Shown one piece after another: positions 1 to 10,334 of a stretch of 64,000 nucleotides of DNA. Every line of letters starts with the position of its first letter. Position 1 is the stretch's first letter. The notes beneath the pieces are model-generated. The model was not told where the DNA came from and ran no database searches. It worked only from the letters and a program-made list of their open reading frames with translations. The position numbers and the translations under genes are program-made. The stretch comes from Candidatus Nanohalarchaeota archaeon (GTDB lineage Archaea; Nanohalarchaeota; Nanosalinia; Nanosalinales; Nanosalinaceae), in contig JALDAJ010000001.1 in NCBI GenBank assembly GCA_022729235.1, positions 704,001-768,000 on the forward strand, in the 5' to 3' direction.

Positions 1-318
1 AGCTTACTGGACCCTGAAGGTTACGACGAGAGATATCCTGATGAGTGCAAGTCGTGGGCTGAAGAGTACAGGGTCGGGAGCGGTGAAAGCAACAGCAAGT
101 ACGCCGTGGAAGTTATGAAGTACGCCGGCGATGAGTGGGACGCGGTTATCATGGTGGAGAGAAACGGTGGCGGCGTCCGGTACGCAAACGTCGAGCTGGA
201 CGGTGAAAGTATAGGAGCCACGGATTCACAGGGAATGCTTAAGACAGAACTGCCGGAAGATTTCAGCATCACAGTCAATACTTCTGACGGAGAATTCACG
301 CTGGAAGGTACCAGGTAG
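1..318 (+). CDS. 5'-truncated hypothetical protein (C-terminal beta-rich domain, possibly surface protein)
   Basis: Frame 1 is open from base 1 to the TAG at 318; acidic composition typical of the genome. Confidence 0.6.
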   Translation, partial: SLLDPEGYDERYPDECKSWAEEYRVGSGESNSKYAVEVMKYAGDEWDAVIMVERNGGGVRYANVELDGESIGATDSQGMLKTELPEDFSITVNTSDGEFTLEGTR

Positions 319-377
319 AGTCTTATACCGGTTTAACCGGGGTCAATAAAAGCGTGGATTTAATACATAGTAATATA

Positions 378-1340
378 ATGAAAGCTATCGTTTTAGCCGG
401 TGGACACGCCACACGACTCTGGCCCGTGACGAAGGACCGGGCGAAACCTCTCCTACCTCTAGGCGACAGACCTATAATAGATTTCATCGTGGAGGAGCTG
501 GAGGAAGAGGTTGACGACATAATCGTATCTACTAACGAAAAATTTGCCTCCGACTTCGAGAAGTATATCGAAGACTTCGAACGTGAAGCCCGGGTGGTAG
601 TCGAGAACCAGGGCTCCGAGGAGGAGAAGCCCGGGACAATCGGCGCGATAATCCAGCTGATAGAGAAAGAAGGTATCGACGAGGATCTGCTGATTGTCAA
701 CGGTGACAACTACCTCGGGTTCAGTTTTTCAGAACTCCTTGAGTTCTGCCGACACAAGGAGGCGCCGGTGAACGTGGTATATGATCTTGAACGTCTTGAA
801 ATGGCTTCATCCTTCGGGGTTGTTGACGTTAACGGTGACAGGATAGTTGACTTCGAGGAGAAGCCGGAGGAGCCTCCTTCGACCCTGATATCTACAGGTG
901 TTTACTTCTTCCCGTCGCACCGTGTATCGATGTTCAAACAGTACGAGGAGCACTTCAAGGATTCCGAGGTTCCTGCGGATGAGTATCTCGACGAGCCCGG
1001 AAGACTGCTGGAGTGGGGTAAGGACCAGGCAGAGATATTCGCGTTCTCGTTTGACGGGGACTGGTTCGATGTCGGTACGCCCGAGGGTTACCTTGAGGCG
1101 CTTGACGCGGTGATGGACGGGAATATTGTCCATGGCGAGACAGACGGGTGTGATATCGGTGAGAATGTTTTGGTCCTGCAGAATGCGGAGCTTGAGAATG
1201 TTGTGATAGAGAACAGTATCGTTTTCCCTGAGACCAGGATCAAGGATTCCGAGGTCAGGAACTCGCTAGTCGACAGCCACTCCGAAGTGGTTGACGCGGA
1301 TATAAACGATGCTATCCTCGGGAAGCATACCTCGATGTAG
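378..1340 (+). CDS. Sugar-phosphate nucleotidyltransferase (NDP-sugar synthase)
   Basis: MKAIVLAGGHATRLWP..KPLLP signature, EKP motif, WFDVGT, C-terminal beta-helix-like repeats. Confidence 0.93.
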   Translation: MKAIVLAGGHATRLWPVTKDRAKPLLPLGDRPIIDFIVEELEEEVDDIIVSTNEKFASDFEKYIEDFEREARVVVENQGSEEEKPGTIGAIIQLIEKEGIDEDLLIVNGDNYLGFSFSELLEFCRHKEAPVNVVYDLERLEMASSFGVVDVNGDRIVDFEEKPEEPPSTLISTGVYFFPSHRVSMFKQYEEHFKDSEVPADEYLDEPGRLLEWGKDQAEIFAFSFDGDWFDVGTPEGYLEALDAVMDGNIVHGETDGCDIGENVLVLQNAELENVVIENSIVFPETRIKDSEVRNSLVDSHSEVVDADINDAILGKHTSM

Positions 1341-1542
1341 GTTCAGTGTGATATGGGTCGGGAGACACGTATCCTGTGATTGACTGGTAGACTTGCTGAG
1401 CGGAGTTGTAAACACGTTTTACAGCGTTATTCTCTCCGTATAAGACTTCTGAACAGCAACCTGTAGATGACTCCTCGCTATCAGGGACGGCTGCGTCAAG
1501 TCCTTCCTCCTGGAAGCGTTCAAGGTAGTTTTTCAGTGACAT
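1312..1542 (-). CDS. Small hypothetical protein or gene remnant
   Basis: ATG-started 76 aa ORF filling the gap after the 1569 gene; overlaps the convergent gene end. Confidence 0.3.
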   Translation of the reverse strand: MSLKNYLERFQEEGLDAAVPDSEESSTGCCSEVLYGENNAVKRVYNSAQQVYQSITGYVSPDPYHTEPTSRYASRG

Positions 1543-1568
1543 ACACTTTTTCTGGAACTGAACCTTTA

Positions 1569-2285
1569 TCAGAACTGTTTTACTGCGGTGTTATACTGCA
1601 TAGAATTTTCAGCAGTACCGAGATACCCGTCTATCTCTCCCCAGCTTTCTTCGAAGTCAGTAAGGTATCTGTCCTGGAACTGTTGGTAATTGAAGCCGGT
1701 ATCTAGGTATCCCGTCTGGCTGAGTTCCTGCGCCCCGTAGCTGAATTCTCTGCCGCTGGTGTAGGCATCCATGACTTCCTGTTCCATCTTCTCTATATCC
1801 TCCATCAGCTCCGTTTCCGGGTCGATACCTTTCTGCTTCAGCTCCCGTTCCCGCCTTTCTTTTTCATGAGGGTAGGAGCTCGGTAGGTCCTGCGGTAGTA
1901 TCTTGTCGATTATCAGCTCTACCTCGCCCTCCATGTCGCTAACTGTCCGACCGCTCATCTCCTTCACGAACTCTTCGGAGACACCGAACCTCTGTCTCAG
2001 CCAGTCGGAGAGTGTGTTGTTGAACTGCTTGACGTGCAGGAGCTCGTGTAGGACGGTCCTTCTCTTCTCTACTTCAGGTATTCGGGAAAAGCGGTGCCGG
2101 TTGAAGACCAGTTCCGTCCTTGCCCCGTTGAACCGGGTCTGTGCGAGAATATCTTGTGGCAGGTAATCTATCTCAATGCGGTCTATCTCCGATCCTGCTT
2201 CCAGCCCGAACTCTTCCGACACGCGGTTTACTCTGTCCTGTACGCCCGCGGTGGGGTTCTTTGAGTCGGCGGTTACTCCTATCAT
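1569..2285 (-). CDS. Zincin-like metallopeptidase domain protein
   Basis: VLHELLH (HExxH) plus downstream E; directly follows htpX. Confidence 0.65.
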   Translation of the reverse strand: MIGVTADSKNPTAGVQDRVNRVSEEFGLEAGSEIDRIEIDYLPQDILAQTRFNGARTELVFNRHRFSRIPEVEKRRTVLHELLHVKQFNNTLSDWLRQRFGVSEEFVKEMSGRTVSDMEGEVELIIDKILPQDLPSSYPHEKERRERELKQKGIDPETELMEDIEKMEQEVMDAYTSGREFSYGAQELSQTGYLDTGFNYQQFQDRYLTDFEESWGEIDGYLGTAENSMQYNTAVKQF

Positions 2286-2290
2286 CGGGA

Positions 2291-3151
2291 CTAGACAGCT
2301 GTGTTTTCTATATTTTCCAGTCTTTTGTCAAGTGATGGGTGTGTTGAGAAGAACCTTGTCATCTTGTCGCCGGAGAACGGGTTCTCTATGAAAAGGTTGG
2401 AACCGGTCTCCTGGACCTGTGATGCCTTGTACTGGGAATTCTTGTTGGCGGAGCTTATCTTCCTGAGTGCGTCCTGGAGCCCGTTTTTCTGTCCGTGAAT
2501 CCTGACTGCGTGCGAGTCGGCGCGGAACTCCATGCTCCTGGAGATTGCGAACCTGATGACCATGGCGATTATAGGTACGAGGATGAAGAACGCAAGTGAT
2601 GCGACGGCTTCACCTCTCCTCCGGTCGCCCGAAAACATGGCGCCCCAGAAAGCCAATCTTGCGAGCACCGCTACCGCTCCTGCGATTGTAGCGACCGACG
2701 CATTGATGAGTGTGTCGCGGTTCTTGATGTGCGCGAGCTCGTGTGCAACTACGCCCGCGATTTCGTCTCTGTCGAGATGCTGCATCAGTCCTTCTGTCAG
2801 GCAGACCACACCTTTCTCGGGCGACCTGCCTGTTGCGAATGCGTTCGGTACCTGCATGTCGTTCTTATAGAGCCGGGGTTTCGGTATGTCCGCGTTCTCC
2901 GCCAGCTCCTCAAGCATTTCGTGATACTCAGGGTAGTCCTCCTCCGACATCTCTTCTGCGCCGTACATTTTCAGGACGATGCGGTCGGAGAACCAGTAGC
3001 TCCCAAAGTTCATCAGTCCTGCGAAGAGCAGCGCGATAACCATTCCAGCTTCTCCTCCTAGAGTGTATCCTGCGCCTAGAAAGACGGCTGTAAGTACTGT
3101 TAGAAGCCCGAATACTTTGAAGTTAGCTTTTACACCCTGTGCTGTTACCAT
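2291..3151 (-). CDS. htpX: Zinc metalloprotease HtpX (M48)
   Basis: PNAFATGR, AHELAH, SRSMEFRAD, FSTHP motifs with TM helices. Confidence 0.95.
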   Translation of the reverse strand: MVTAQGVKANFKVFGLLTVLTAVFLGAGYTLGGEAGMVIALLFAGLMNFGSYWFSDRIVLKMYGAEEMSEEDYPEYHEMLEELAENADIPKPRLYKNDMQVPNAFATGRSPEKGVVCLTEGLMQHLDRDEIAGVVAHELAHIKNRDTLINASVATIAGAVAVLARLAFWGAMFSGDRRRGEAVASLAFFILVPIIAMVIRFAISRSMEFRADSHAVRIHGQKNGLQDALRKISSANKNSQYKASQVQETGSNLFIENPFSGDKMTRFFSTHPSLDKRLENIENTAV

Positions 3152-3174
3152 GGTTTATCATTAACTTACGTGGT

Positions 3175-3669
3175 TCAAGTATTAAATTCGCTTTCAATGG
3201 TGTCGATTACAGGTTTCATATCCCTGTCAAACCTCCAGTTTTCCTGGGTTATCCTGTCAATCGGCAGGAATTCTGGTTCTCCTTCTGTGGAGCCTGATTT
3301 TTCTCCTCCAACAATTTCTGCCTTAAATAATGCTACAGAGCCCCGGCCTTCTTGTCTTATGCTTCCGAGGTACTCTTCTATTTCGACTTCAAAACCGGTT
3401 TCTTCCCCGGTCTCCCTGGCAGCTGTCTCCTCCAGTTTTTCACCGGGTTCGGGTGTACCTCCCGGGAGCATGTAGAAGTCGTTTTTCCTGACTACAAGTA
3501 GTTCGTTGTCTTTAACTACCAGGGTGCTGGCGCCTGTGAATGGGTAAAATATCCTTGCTACAAGTTTTTCCATTAACTCCTGTGGTTTCCCTCTTTCCAG
3601 GAATCGGAACCAGTCTCTGCATCTTATCCACAGCTTGAGAGGCATAAAGAAACCGTGGTTTCTATCCAT
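3175..3669 (-). CDS. NUDIX hydrolase
   Basis: LPGGTPEPGEKLEETAARETGEETG Nudix box; start uncertain. Confidence 0.85.
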   Translation of the reverse strand: MDRNHGFFMPLKLWIRCRDWFRFLERGKPQELMEKLVARIFYPFTGASTLVVKDNELLVVRKNDFYMLPGGTPEPGEKLEETAARETGEETGFEVEIEEYLGSIRQEGRGSVALFKAEIVGGEKSGSTEGEPEFLPIDRITQENWRFDRDMKPVIDTIESEFNT

Positions 3670-3713
3670 TTCAATGTTTCAGAGGGTGGAAAAAAGAAGG
3701 GCTTATATGAGAT

Positions 3714-4457
3714 TTACTGCAGTGGGAACTGCTCTTCTTCGTCTTCCATCTCGTTCTCTTCTTCCATCTCTGGTTCTTCTTCATCGAGGTACTGGTGTTC
3801 TCCCTGTTCTATCCTGTCCTGGAGTTCATCGTAGCTGTAGCATTCCTCCTGTGGTTCCAGATCGACAAGGAAGTACTCACATGCCACTAACGTGTCCTGG
3901 TCAAGCTGTTCTATGCTGTCAGCTCCGACAGACATGGTTATCTGCCCGTCGTCCAGTACAAGTGCCATGTAGTTTCCTTCGTCATCGCTGGCGTAGAAGA
4001 AGTCAGGATTCTCCTGCTGTTGCTCTTCATCAGGTTGCTGTTGGGGTTCCTGCTGCTCCTGCATCGGTTCCTGGTTCTCCTCGTTCATCTCATTGTTCTC
4101 CATCTCGTCTCCCGGGATTTCTTCGGGTAGCTCAGGTTCTCCAGGAGGTTCTGCTAGTGCCATGTCCTGGCATTCTGAGCTCGTTATCACTCTCTCATCT
4201 CCGAGACCCCACCATTCGGACTCTACTTCGACGAACTGCTGGCAGATCTGTGCTGTTTCATCGTCAAGCTCTGCGAAGCTTTCTACGGTGCCGTAGATGT
4301 ACGTCGCGTCCTCACCGAAGAGGACGACATACATGTCTCCTTCATCGTCAAACCCGTAGATAGAGTTCAGGTTTCCGTCTGCCTGCTGTGCTGCGACTGC
4401 TCCGGACATTCCTATAGCTACTAGAGCTGCAAGTACTGTGAGTAGTGCTTTGTTCAT
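3714..4457 (-). CDS. Secreted acidic protein with internal duplication
   Basis: Signal peptide MNKALLTVLAALVAIGMSGAVAA; two similar DDEG(D/N)..C..C units; GGTGG SD upstream. Confidence 0.75.
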   Translation of the reverse strand: MNKALLTVLAALVAIGMSGAVAAQQADGNLNSIYGFDDEGDMYVVLFGEDATYIYGTVESFAELDDETAQICQQFVEVESEWWGLGDERVITSSECQDMALAEPPGEPELPEEIPGDEMENNEMNEENQEPMQEQQEPQQQPDEEQQQENPDFFYASDDEGNYMALVLDDGQITMSVGADSIEQLDQDTLVACEYFLVDLEPQEECYSYDELQDRIEQGEHQYLDEEEPEMEEENEMEDEEEQFPLQ

Positions 4458-4573
4458 GTTTGCCACCTGTGAAGAGAACCCCGCTTAAATAAAATATGGG
4501 TTATTGCAGTCTAACACAGTTGATTTGAGGCAATGATGGGTTTAGAACAGTGTAAAAGGAAAAGTAAAAGTAG

Positions 4574-4688
4574 TCTGGCAGCGTCCCGAGCCTTCCGCCG
4601 GTAAGGCAGTACTACTCGGATCGCTTGGGGACTTTACTTCCGTGTTCGGAATGGGTACGGGTGTTGCCCCCCCGCTATGGCCGCCAGT
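4574..4688 (-). rRNA. rrf: 5S ribosomal RNA (unlinked from 16S/23S in this window)
   Basis: Reverse complement reads CTGGCGGCCATAGCGG..CACCCGTACCCATTCCGAACACGGAAGTAAAG..AGTAC..CGCTGCCAG; TATA-like TTTAAA about 25 bp upstream. Confidence 0.96.
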
Positions 4689-4861
4689 ATTCCAAGTCAT
4701 CGGGTCAAATTCTTTTAAACCCTACTTTGCTCCAGACTTAACTGCGCAGGTTCTTGACTGTTCTACTGCATCAGCTCTTCCTCGCTGTGTGCAAAAGAGG
4801 TATCCTGCTGTATTGATTACGGAGAAGGAAGAGTGATGAGTTATTTATTCGGCTGTTATAC

Positions 4862-5125
4862 ATGCTAGTTATGGCTCGCGGCAGAAGTAATTCGTTCATC
4901 GGCAAGATAGAGAAATCGACTGTCGTTGACGCGGCGACGATAGGCGTCCTTGTGTTCAATGCCTACGTGATATACGGGTCGCTGGGTCACAGAGTTGATT
5001 TAACTGATTTTGCGGCGAGCACCGAGGTGCTTGCTATCCAGCTCACAGGAGCGGCTGTTGTTCTCTATGCGCTGGAGTTCATGTACGACCGGGTTAAAGG
5101 CAGGAACAGTAGTCCTCTAGGCTAG
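4862..5125 (+). CDS. Small membrane protein
   Basis: Two hydrophobic segments. Confidence 0.6.
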   Translation: MLVMARGRSNSFIGKIEKSTVVDAATIGVLVFNAYVIYGSLGHRVDLTDFAASTEVLAIQLTGAAVVLYALEFMYDRVKGRNSSPLG

Positions 5126-5554
5126 TATTTTTGCGAGTTCCTTTCCACGTCCTTTCGGCACTCTTGACGAAACCGTACCGTTCCTGTAGAAACCGCAACC
5201 GATGATGTGGTCCTGGAACTTCAGTGCGACGTAACCCTCTTCACTCATCTGGCGTTCAACCATGTCTTCACGTCTCAGAAGCATGACAAGTTCGTCTCTA
5301 TCAAGTTCAACCGTGTTTTTACCTATATCATCGCCAAGGAGCTGGAGCGCGTAGGTGGTCGGCTTCATGCCTATATCCATGATACGGATGAATCTGATGC
5401 CGTGGGTCTCGACTTCCAGTCCAGTCTCCGCGTCACTGGAGACGAGCCAGAGGTCGCCTGATTTCTCCCGGAGTTCGTAGTCTTCTAGCTCTTCTCTGTT
5501 GATCCCGAACCTGTTCTCCAGGTATCTCCAGCCGTCACTTGCGGAACTTTGCAA
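5117..5554 (-). CDS. PUA/NIP7-like partner of RsmF/NOP2 methyltransferase
   Basis: KPTTYALQLLG and C-terminal SRVPK motifs; overlaps the upstream methyltransferase. Confidence 0.7.
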   Translation of the reverse strand: MQSSASDGWRYLENRFGINREELEDYELREKSGDLWLVSSDAETGLEVETHGIRFIRIMDIGMKPTTYALQLLGDDIGKNTVELDRDELVMLLRREDMVERQMSEEGYVALKFQDHIIGCGFYRNGTVSSRVPKGRGKELAKILA

Positions 5555-6410
5555 CGTATATCACCCCGGAGTCCAGGTGGTGGGGGTAAACCCTGACGGT
5601 TTTGTTCATCTCTTCACTATATGATCTATCTTCGAATCTTTCTACGCCCCTGGTGTGTGGCGCCTCTGTATCTATTCTTTCCAGCTCTAGATCTGTATTC
5701 TCAAGGATGTGTTCCACCACTCCCTCGTTCTCCTCGGGCGCGATTGTGCAGGTAGAGTAGACCAGTGTGCCCTCCTCTTTCAGTAGTCTAGCTCCTTTCT
5801 CAACCAGCTGTTTCTGTAGCTCCGCCAGCCCCTCGATTTCGTCCTCTGGAGCAGGGTCGAAGTCTCTCCTGCATTGGTCGCCCTCTCCACTACACGGTGC
5901 ATCGACGAGTATGCGGTCGTAATTCTCGTCCTCCGGCAGCTGTCGCCCGTCGTAGTTGGTCACTGTTATACTTGCTGATCCGGTTCTGTAAACGTTGGCG
6001 TGAAGACTCTGAAGCCTCTTACCCGAGGAGTCGTTCGCGATAACACTTCCGCAGTTCTCGATTTCCGATGCAATCTGGGTTGCTTTTCCGCCCGGCGCCG
6101 CTGCCATATCAAGTATATTCTCATCTTTCTGTGGATTCATGATTTTTACGGGTAGCGCCGCGGACTCTTCCTGGACGTAGTACTCGCCGAGCCAGTGAAG
6201 CATCGACTTCCCTGGTAGGTCTGTCCCGGGGAGCCTGTAGACGTCAGGGTTCCAACTGGACTGTTCAACAGAGTCGAACTCTCGTCTCAGCCTTTCTTCA
6301 AAATCGTCGCCTGCCTTGATACAGTTCCTCCTGACGGTCTTGACCGCAGTTCTTCCGCACGCTTCCCGGAATGCTTCCCAGTCATCGATTATCGGTTTGT
6401 AGCGGTGCAT
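5535..6410 (-). CDS. RsmB/NOP2-family RNA (cytosine-C5) methyltransferase
   Basis: DMAAAPGGKAT, ILVDAPCSGEG, YSTCTIAPEENEGVV motifs. Confidence 0.95.
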   Translation of the reverse strand: MHRYKPIIDDWEAFREACGRTAVKTVRRNCIKAGDDFEERLRREFDSVEQSSWNPDVYRLPGTDLPGKSMLHWLGEYYVQEESAALPVKIMNPQKDENILDMAAAPGGKATQIASEIENCGSVIANDSSGKRLQSLHANVYRTGSASITVTNYDGRQLPEDENYDRILVDAPCSGEGDQCRRDFDPAPEDEIEGLAELQKQLVEKGARLLKEEGTLVYSTCTIAPEENEGVVEHILENTDLELERIDTEAPHTRGVERFEDRSYSEEMNKTVRVYPHHLDSGVIYVAKFRK

Positions 6411-6441
6411 AATTCGGGATAAAGGAGGAGAGTTTTATGTT

Positions 6442-7008
6442 TCAAAGATCGCCCAGTGTCTGCTGACCTGTTTCTTCTCTCCCGAACGCATTTCTCAGGT
6501 CTTCCTCGAGCATCGGCTCCTTGGAGCGGTCGTAGAGGGCTGCTGCCGGGTGAAAAGTCGGCATTATCTTCTGTCCTTCACGCGTGAATATCCTGCCGTG
6601 TAGAGAGGTTATCCCTTTCTTGGTGTCAAGAAGCTCGCGTGAGGCGAAGTTACCGAGCGTGATTATCAGTTCTGGGTCGACGTTTTCGATTTCTTTCTCC
6701 AGTAGAGGGTTCCAGGCGCTGATTTCATTCTTTTTTGGGTCGCGGTTGTCGGGCGGTCTTATCTTGACGAGGTTCGTGATGTAGAGTTCTTCTCTTTCCA
6801 TATCCATCTTATGCAGGATTTCGTCCAGTTTCTTTCCGGCGCGACCGACAAAGGGTTCGCCTTCCTCGACCTCGTTTGCCCCGGGAGCTTCGCCTACCAG
6901 CATGTAATCCGCGTCTTCAGAACCTACCGCGGGCACGAACCTTTCCTCGTCAAAGTGTTCTGAATCGAGCTGTGAGAAGAATTCCTGGTAACGCTCTCGG
7001 AAGTTCAT
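6442..7008 (-). CDS. udg: Uracil-DNA glycosylase family 4 (no cysteines)
   Basis: VGEAPG..E...GEPFVGRAG, FHPAAAL; PIP-like QQTLGDL tail. Confidence 0.9.
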   Translation of the reverse strand: MNFRERYQEFFSQLDSEHFDEERFVPAVGSEDADYMLVGEAPGANEVEEGEPFVGRAGKKLDEILHKMDMEREELYITNLVKIRPPDNRDPKKNEISAWNPLLEKEIENVDPELIITLGNFASRELLDTKKGITSLHGRIFTREGQKIMPTFHPAAALYDRSKEPMLEEDLRNAFGREETGQQTLGDL

Positions 7009-7060
7009 GGGCGGGGTTTGAGACCTGAGTTTTTTAGGTTGTACTGTCAACAGGTTATCT

Positions 7061-7243
7061 ATGGATTTATCGGAGCTTGATAGAGAACAGAGACTGACAC
7101 TTGTTGGAGTCGTAGCTGTGATACTGGGTATCGTGGCGGTACCGCCTTTGATGCAGCACTTCTACGATGTGAGCGCCATACGTGTTGCATTCGTTGTAAT
7201 AGTTATCTATGCCGCGTTCAGCTGGTACCTGAAGAGTCGTTGA
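7061..7243 (+). CDS. Small two-TM membrane protein
   Basis: ATG start, two hydrophobic helices. Confidence 0.65.
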   Translation: MDLSELDREQRLTLVGVVAVILGIVAVPPLMQHFYDVSAIRVAFVVIVIYAAFSWYLKSR

Positions 7244-7328
7244 ATGGAATAAGATGGTTTTGGTGTGAAAAAATCTCTGTTCCGAATAAGTGCACTTAAA
7301 CACTCGCAGTTACTCGAATCTGTGGTCT

Positions 7329-8087
7329 ATGAAACCGAGATACATACTTTTGGCTGTATTTTTGATGCTTGTAATAGGTGCTGTACTCGCTATTTCACAT
7401 ACCCAGGATGAGGGACAGGAAGAAACCTCGCAGGTCCGTGTTGTTCACATGTCGCCGGGTTTACAGGACGTAAGTGTCTTCATAGATGGTGAACGCAAGG
7501 CAGACGGTGTAGGCTTCGGGCAGGCTTCGGTTTACCAGGAGGTTGATACTGGTGACAGAGAGATTCAGGTAGCGCCGGCAGGGGCAGGTGTTGACCAGGA
7601 GTTAGCCGCCACCCGTTTCACTTTTGAGGAGGGAGAGTCCTATACCGTGGTCGTCACCGATAGAGGGTTCTCCCCTGGTGTAGAAGTTATCCAGGATGAT
7701 CCTCAACCGCAGCCCGGTCAGTCCCAGTTCAGGGTGGCGCAGTTCTCGCCTGACTTGCTTGAAGTGGATGTGGTTATTGAGGACGGTCCTTTGAGAAGAA
7801 TAGATGGTATACCTTACAGGTCATCTAGCGGTTACCAGTCGATTGAGCCAGGAAGTTACAGTCTGAGAGTTGAGGATGCGCCGGGTAGAGAGGTCTTTAC
7901 AGGGGATGTATCGCTGGAAGAGGATGCTACTTACACACTGTTCGTTGCGGGCGCGAGAGGTGCACCGCAGGGTTTACAGGTGGTGCCTGTAATCGATTCC
8001 CCGGAACCTGTAGAGCCAGAACCTGATAATGATGTACATGTAGATGATAGAGAATTTCTGATTGAATGCAGAATCGTGGAGCAGTGA
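7329..8087 (+). CDS. DUF4397-like secreted protein
   Basis: Signal/anchor helix; repeated VRVVHMSP / FRVAQFSPD units. Confidence 0.75.
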   Translation: MKPRYILLAVFLMLVIGAVLAISHTQDEGQEETSQVRVVHMSPGLQDVSVFIDGERKADGVGFGQASVYQEVDTGDREIQVAPAGAGVDQELAATRFTFEEGESYTVVVTDRGFSPGVEVIQDDPQPQPGQSQFRVAQFSPDLLEVDVVIEDGPLRRIDGIPYRSSSGYQSIEPGSYSLRVEDAPGREVFTGDVSLEEDATYTLFVAGARGAPQGLQVVPVIDSPEPVEPEPDNDVHVDDREFLIECRIVEQ

Positions 8088-8090
8088 CAG

Positions 8091-10334
8091 TCAGAGCTCG
8101 ATTTTTCTTAGCCTGTTAGAGTTCGTGACCACCGAGATACTTGAAGTAGCCATAGCTATCTCCGCGATTACAGGGTGGAGAAGTCCTGCGAACGCAACTG
8201 GTATCGCCAGGACGTTGTAGACGAACGCCCAGAACAGGTTCTCCTTTATCTTCGTGAAAATTGCGTCTGAAAGTTTGAACGCCTTCACGACAGCGGTCAG
8301 GTCGCCCTTTACAAGCGTCACATCAGCGGTTTCAATCGCGATGTCTGTCCCGGTCCCGATAGCGATGCCGACATTCGCCTGCTTGAGAGCGGGCGCATCG
8401 TTTATCCCGTCGCCGACCATCGCCACGTTCCTGCCCTCGCCCTGTAACTCCCTGACTTTCTCGATCTTGTCCTCGGGAAGCACTTCCGCCATCACGTTCT
8501 CGATACCTACTCTATCTGCTATCGCCTCCGCGGTCTTCTCGTTGTCCCCGGTTATCATCCAGACCTCGAAGCCCTCATCACTGAGGTATTCAACTGCCTC
8601 AGCAGAGTCTTCTTTCAACGTGTCCGCGACAGCGATGACTCCGAGAACGTTTTCCTCGTCAGCGACAAACATCGCGGTCTTGCCCTCCGCTTCCAGTTCC
8701 TCCGCGATTTCCCCAAATGCGGACTCGGTTCCGAACTTGTCCATCAGCTTCCTGTTCCCGATGAGGTACGTTTCGCCGCCGATGTCTGCCTTCACGCCTT
8801 TCCCGGTAAAGCTCTCGAACTCCGAAATCTCTCTGAGTTCTAGTTCTTTTTCTTCCGCTCTCTCGACTATCGCCTGCCCGAGCGGGTGCTCACTTCCTTT
8901 CTCCACGGACGCGGCGATTTCCAGGAGTTTTTCTTTCTCCATATCGGTCTCGATGTCGGTGACCTCGGGCTCGCCATGGGTTATAGTCCCGGTTTTGTCG
9001 AGTATGACTGCGTCGAGTTTTCTCATGGTCTGGATGGCTTCACCGTCTCTGAATATGACTCCGTTCTCCGCCGCCTTACCGGTACCCACCATCAACGCCG
9101 TTGGAGTCGCCAGCCCGAGGGCGCATGGGCACGCGATTACGAGCACTGCTACGAGCACGAAAATCGCCTGCGTTAAAGGATCCGCGGCGGGACTTACCCA
9201 GGGGAGCCACCCGCCGATATTCACCGCGAGCTGTGAGAAGAACTCGGGGAAAAAGTACCAGAGAGTGGCTGCAGTAAATGCTGTAAGTATAACTACCGGG
9301 ACGAAGTAGGAGGTCACGCGGTCGGCGAACGCCTGGATAGGGACCTTGGTTCCCTGAGCCTCCTCTACGAGGTCGACGACCTGCGAGAAGAAGGTGTCCT
9401 CCCCGACTTTTGTTGCCTCCATCTTGATGCGCCCGGTCTGGTTGACGGTCGACCCTATCACCTCGTCACCTTCCTGTTTCGACACGGGCTCGCTTTCACC
9501 TGTCGCCATCGACTCGTCCACGCTGGACTCGCCCTCTACTATCTCGCCGTCAACAGGGATTTTCTCGCCGGGTTTCACGACCAGGGTGTCGCCAACTTCT
9601 ACTTTTTCGACAGGCACCTCTTTTTCTTCCCCATCGACTATTTTCCGGGCGGTCTCCGCCTGTACGGACATCAGTTTCTCTATTGCCTCTGACGCCCGAC
9701 CTTTTGCCTTATTTTCAACGTATTTTCCGGTCAGGTGGAACGCCATTATCATCGCGCCTATCGCGGCGTAGTTCTGCAACGGCATGAAGAACACGAGCAC
9801 GCCTGTAATAAACGCGACGGATGTACCCATGGTTATCAGGGTGTCCATGTTCGCGTTGAGGTGTCTTGCAGCATTTATCGATGCTCTGTGAACAGGTTTT
9901 CCGAGCCAGAAAACGACGGGTATCGATGCGAGAAGCATCAGGAGGTCCATCTGCGTGTGCGTCATACCGATGTCAATAAGGTCCCACATCGCTACAATCA
10001 TGAAGACTGCGAGCGGGACCGTGATTATCCATGCATAGAGCATCCGGCTGTAGCTGTAGTCGGTCTCAACTGCCGAGTGACTGCTGTGTTCATGACTTTC
10101 GTGTCCTTCCTCTTCCCTGACGCTGTAGCCGGCGCTCTCAACTGCTTCAACCAAATCGCTGTACCCTGTTTCTTCAGAATGTTCTATATGCGCCTTCCCG
10201 CTTGCGTAGTTGACACTGACTTCTTCCACGCCTTCAACGCTGGAAAGGCTTTTCTCGATGCTGGATACGCAGGACGCGCAGTGCATCCCTTCTATGTTGA
10301 GTTTGGTTTTCTCAGTCGCTTCAGAGTCTTTCAT
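8091..10334 (-). CDS. copA: Cu(I)-translocating P1B ATPase
   Basis: GMHCASC HMA domain, [29 protein letters not shown] and MxxSS motifs. Confidence 0.95.
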   Translation of the reverse strand: MKDSEATEKTKLNIEGMHCASCVSSIEKSLSSVEGVEEVSVNYASGKAHIEHSEETGYSDLVEAVESAGYSVREEEGHESHEHSSHSAVETDYSYSRMLYAWIITVPLAVFMIVAMWDLIDIGMTHTQMDLLMLLASIPVVFWLGKPVHRASINAARHLNANMDTLITMGTSVAFITGVLVFFMPLQNYAAIGAMIMAFHLTGKYVENKAKGRASEAIEKLMSVQAETARKIVDGEEKEVPVEKVEVGDTLVVKPGEKIPVDGEIVEGESSVDESMATGESEPVSKQEGDEVIGSTVNQTGRIKMEATKVGEDTFFSQVVDLVEEAQGTKVPIQAFADRVTSYFVPVVILTAFTAATLWYFFPEFFSQLAVNIGGWLPWVSPAADPLTQAIFVLVAVLVIACPCALGLATPTALMVGTGKAAENGVIFRDGEAIQTMRKLDAVILDKTGTITHGEPEVTDIETDMEKEKLLEIAASVEKGSEHPLGQAIVERAEEKELELREISEFESFTGKGVKADIGGETYLIGNRKLMDKFGTESAFGEIAEELEAEGKTAMFVADEENVLGVIAVADTLKEDSAEAVEYLSDEGFEVWMITGDNEKTAEAIADRVGIENVMAEVLPEDKIEKVRELQGEGRNVAMVGDGINDAPALKQANVGIAIGTGTDIAIETADVTLVKGDLTAVVKAFKLSDAIFTKIKENLFWAFVYNVLAIPVAFAGLLHPVIAEIAMATSSISVVTNSNRLRKIEL

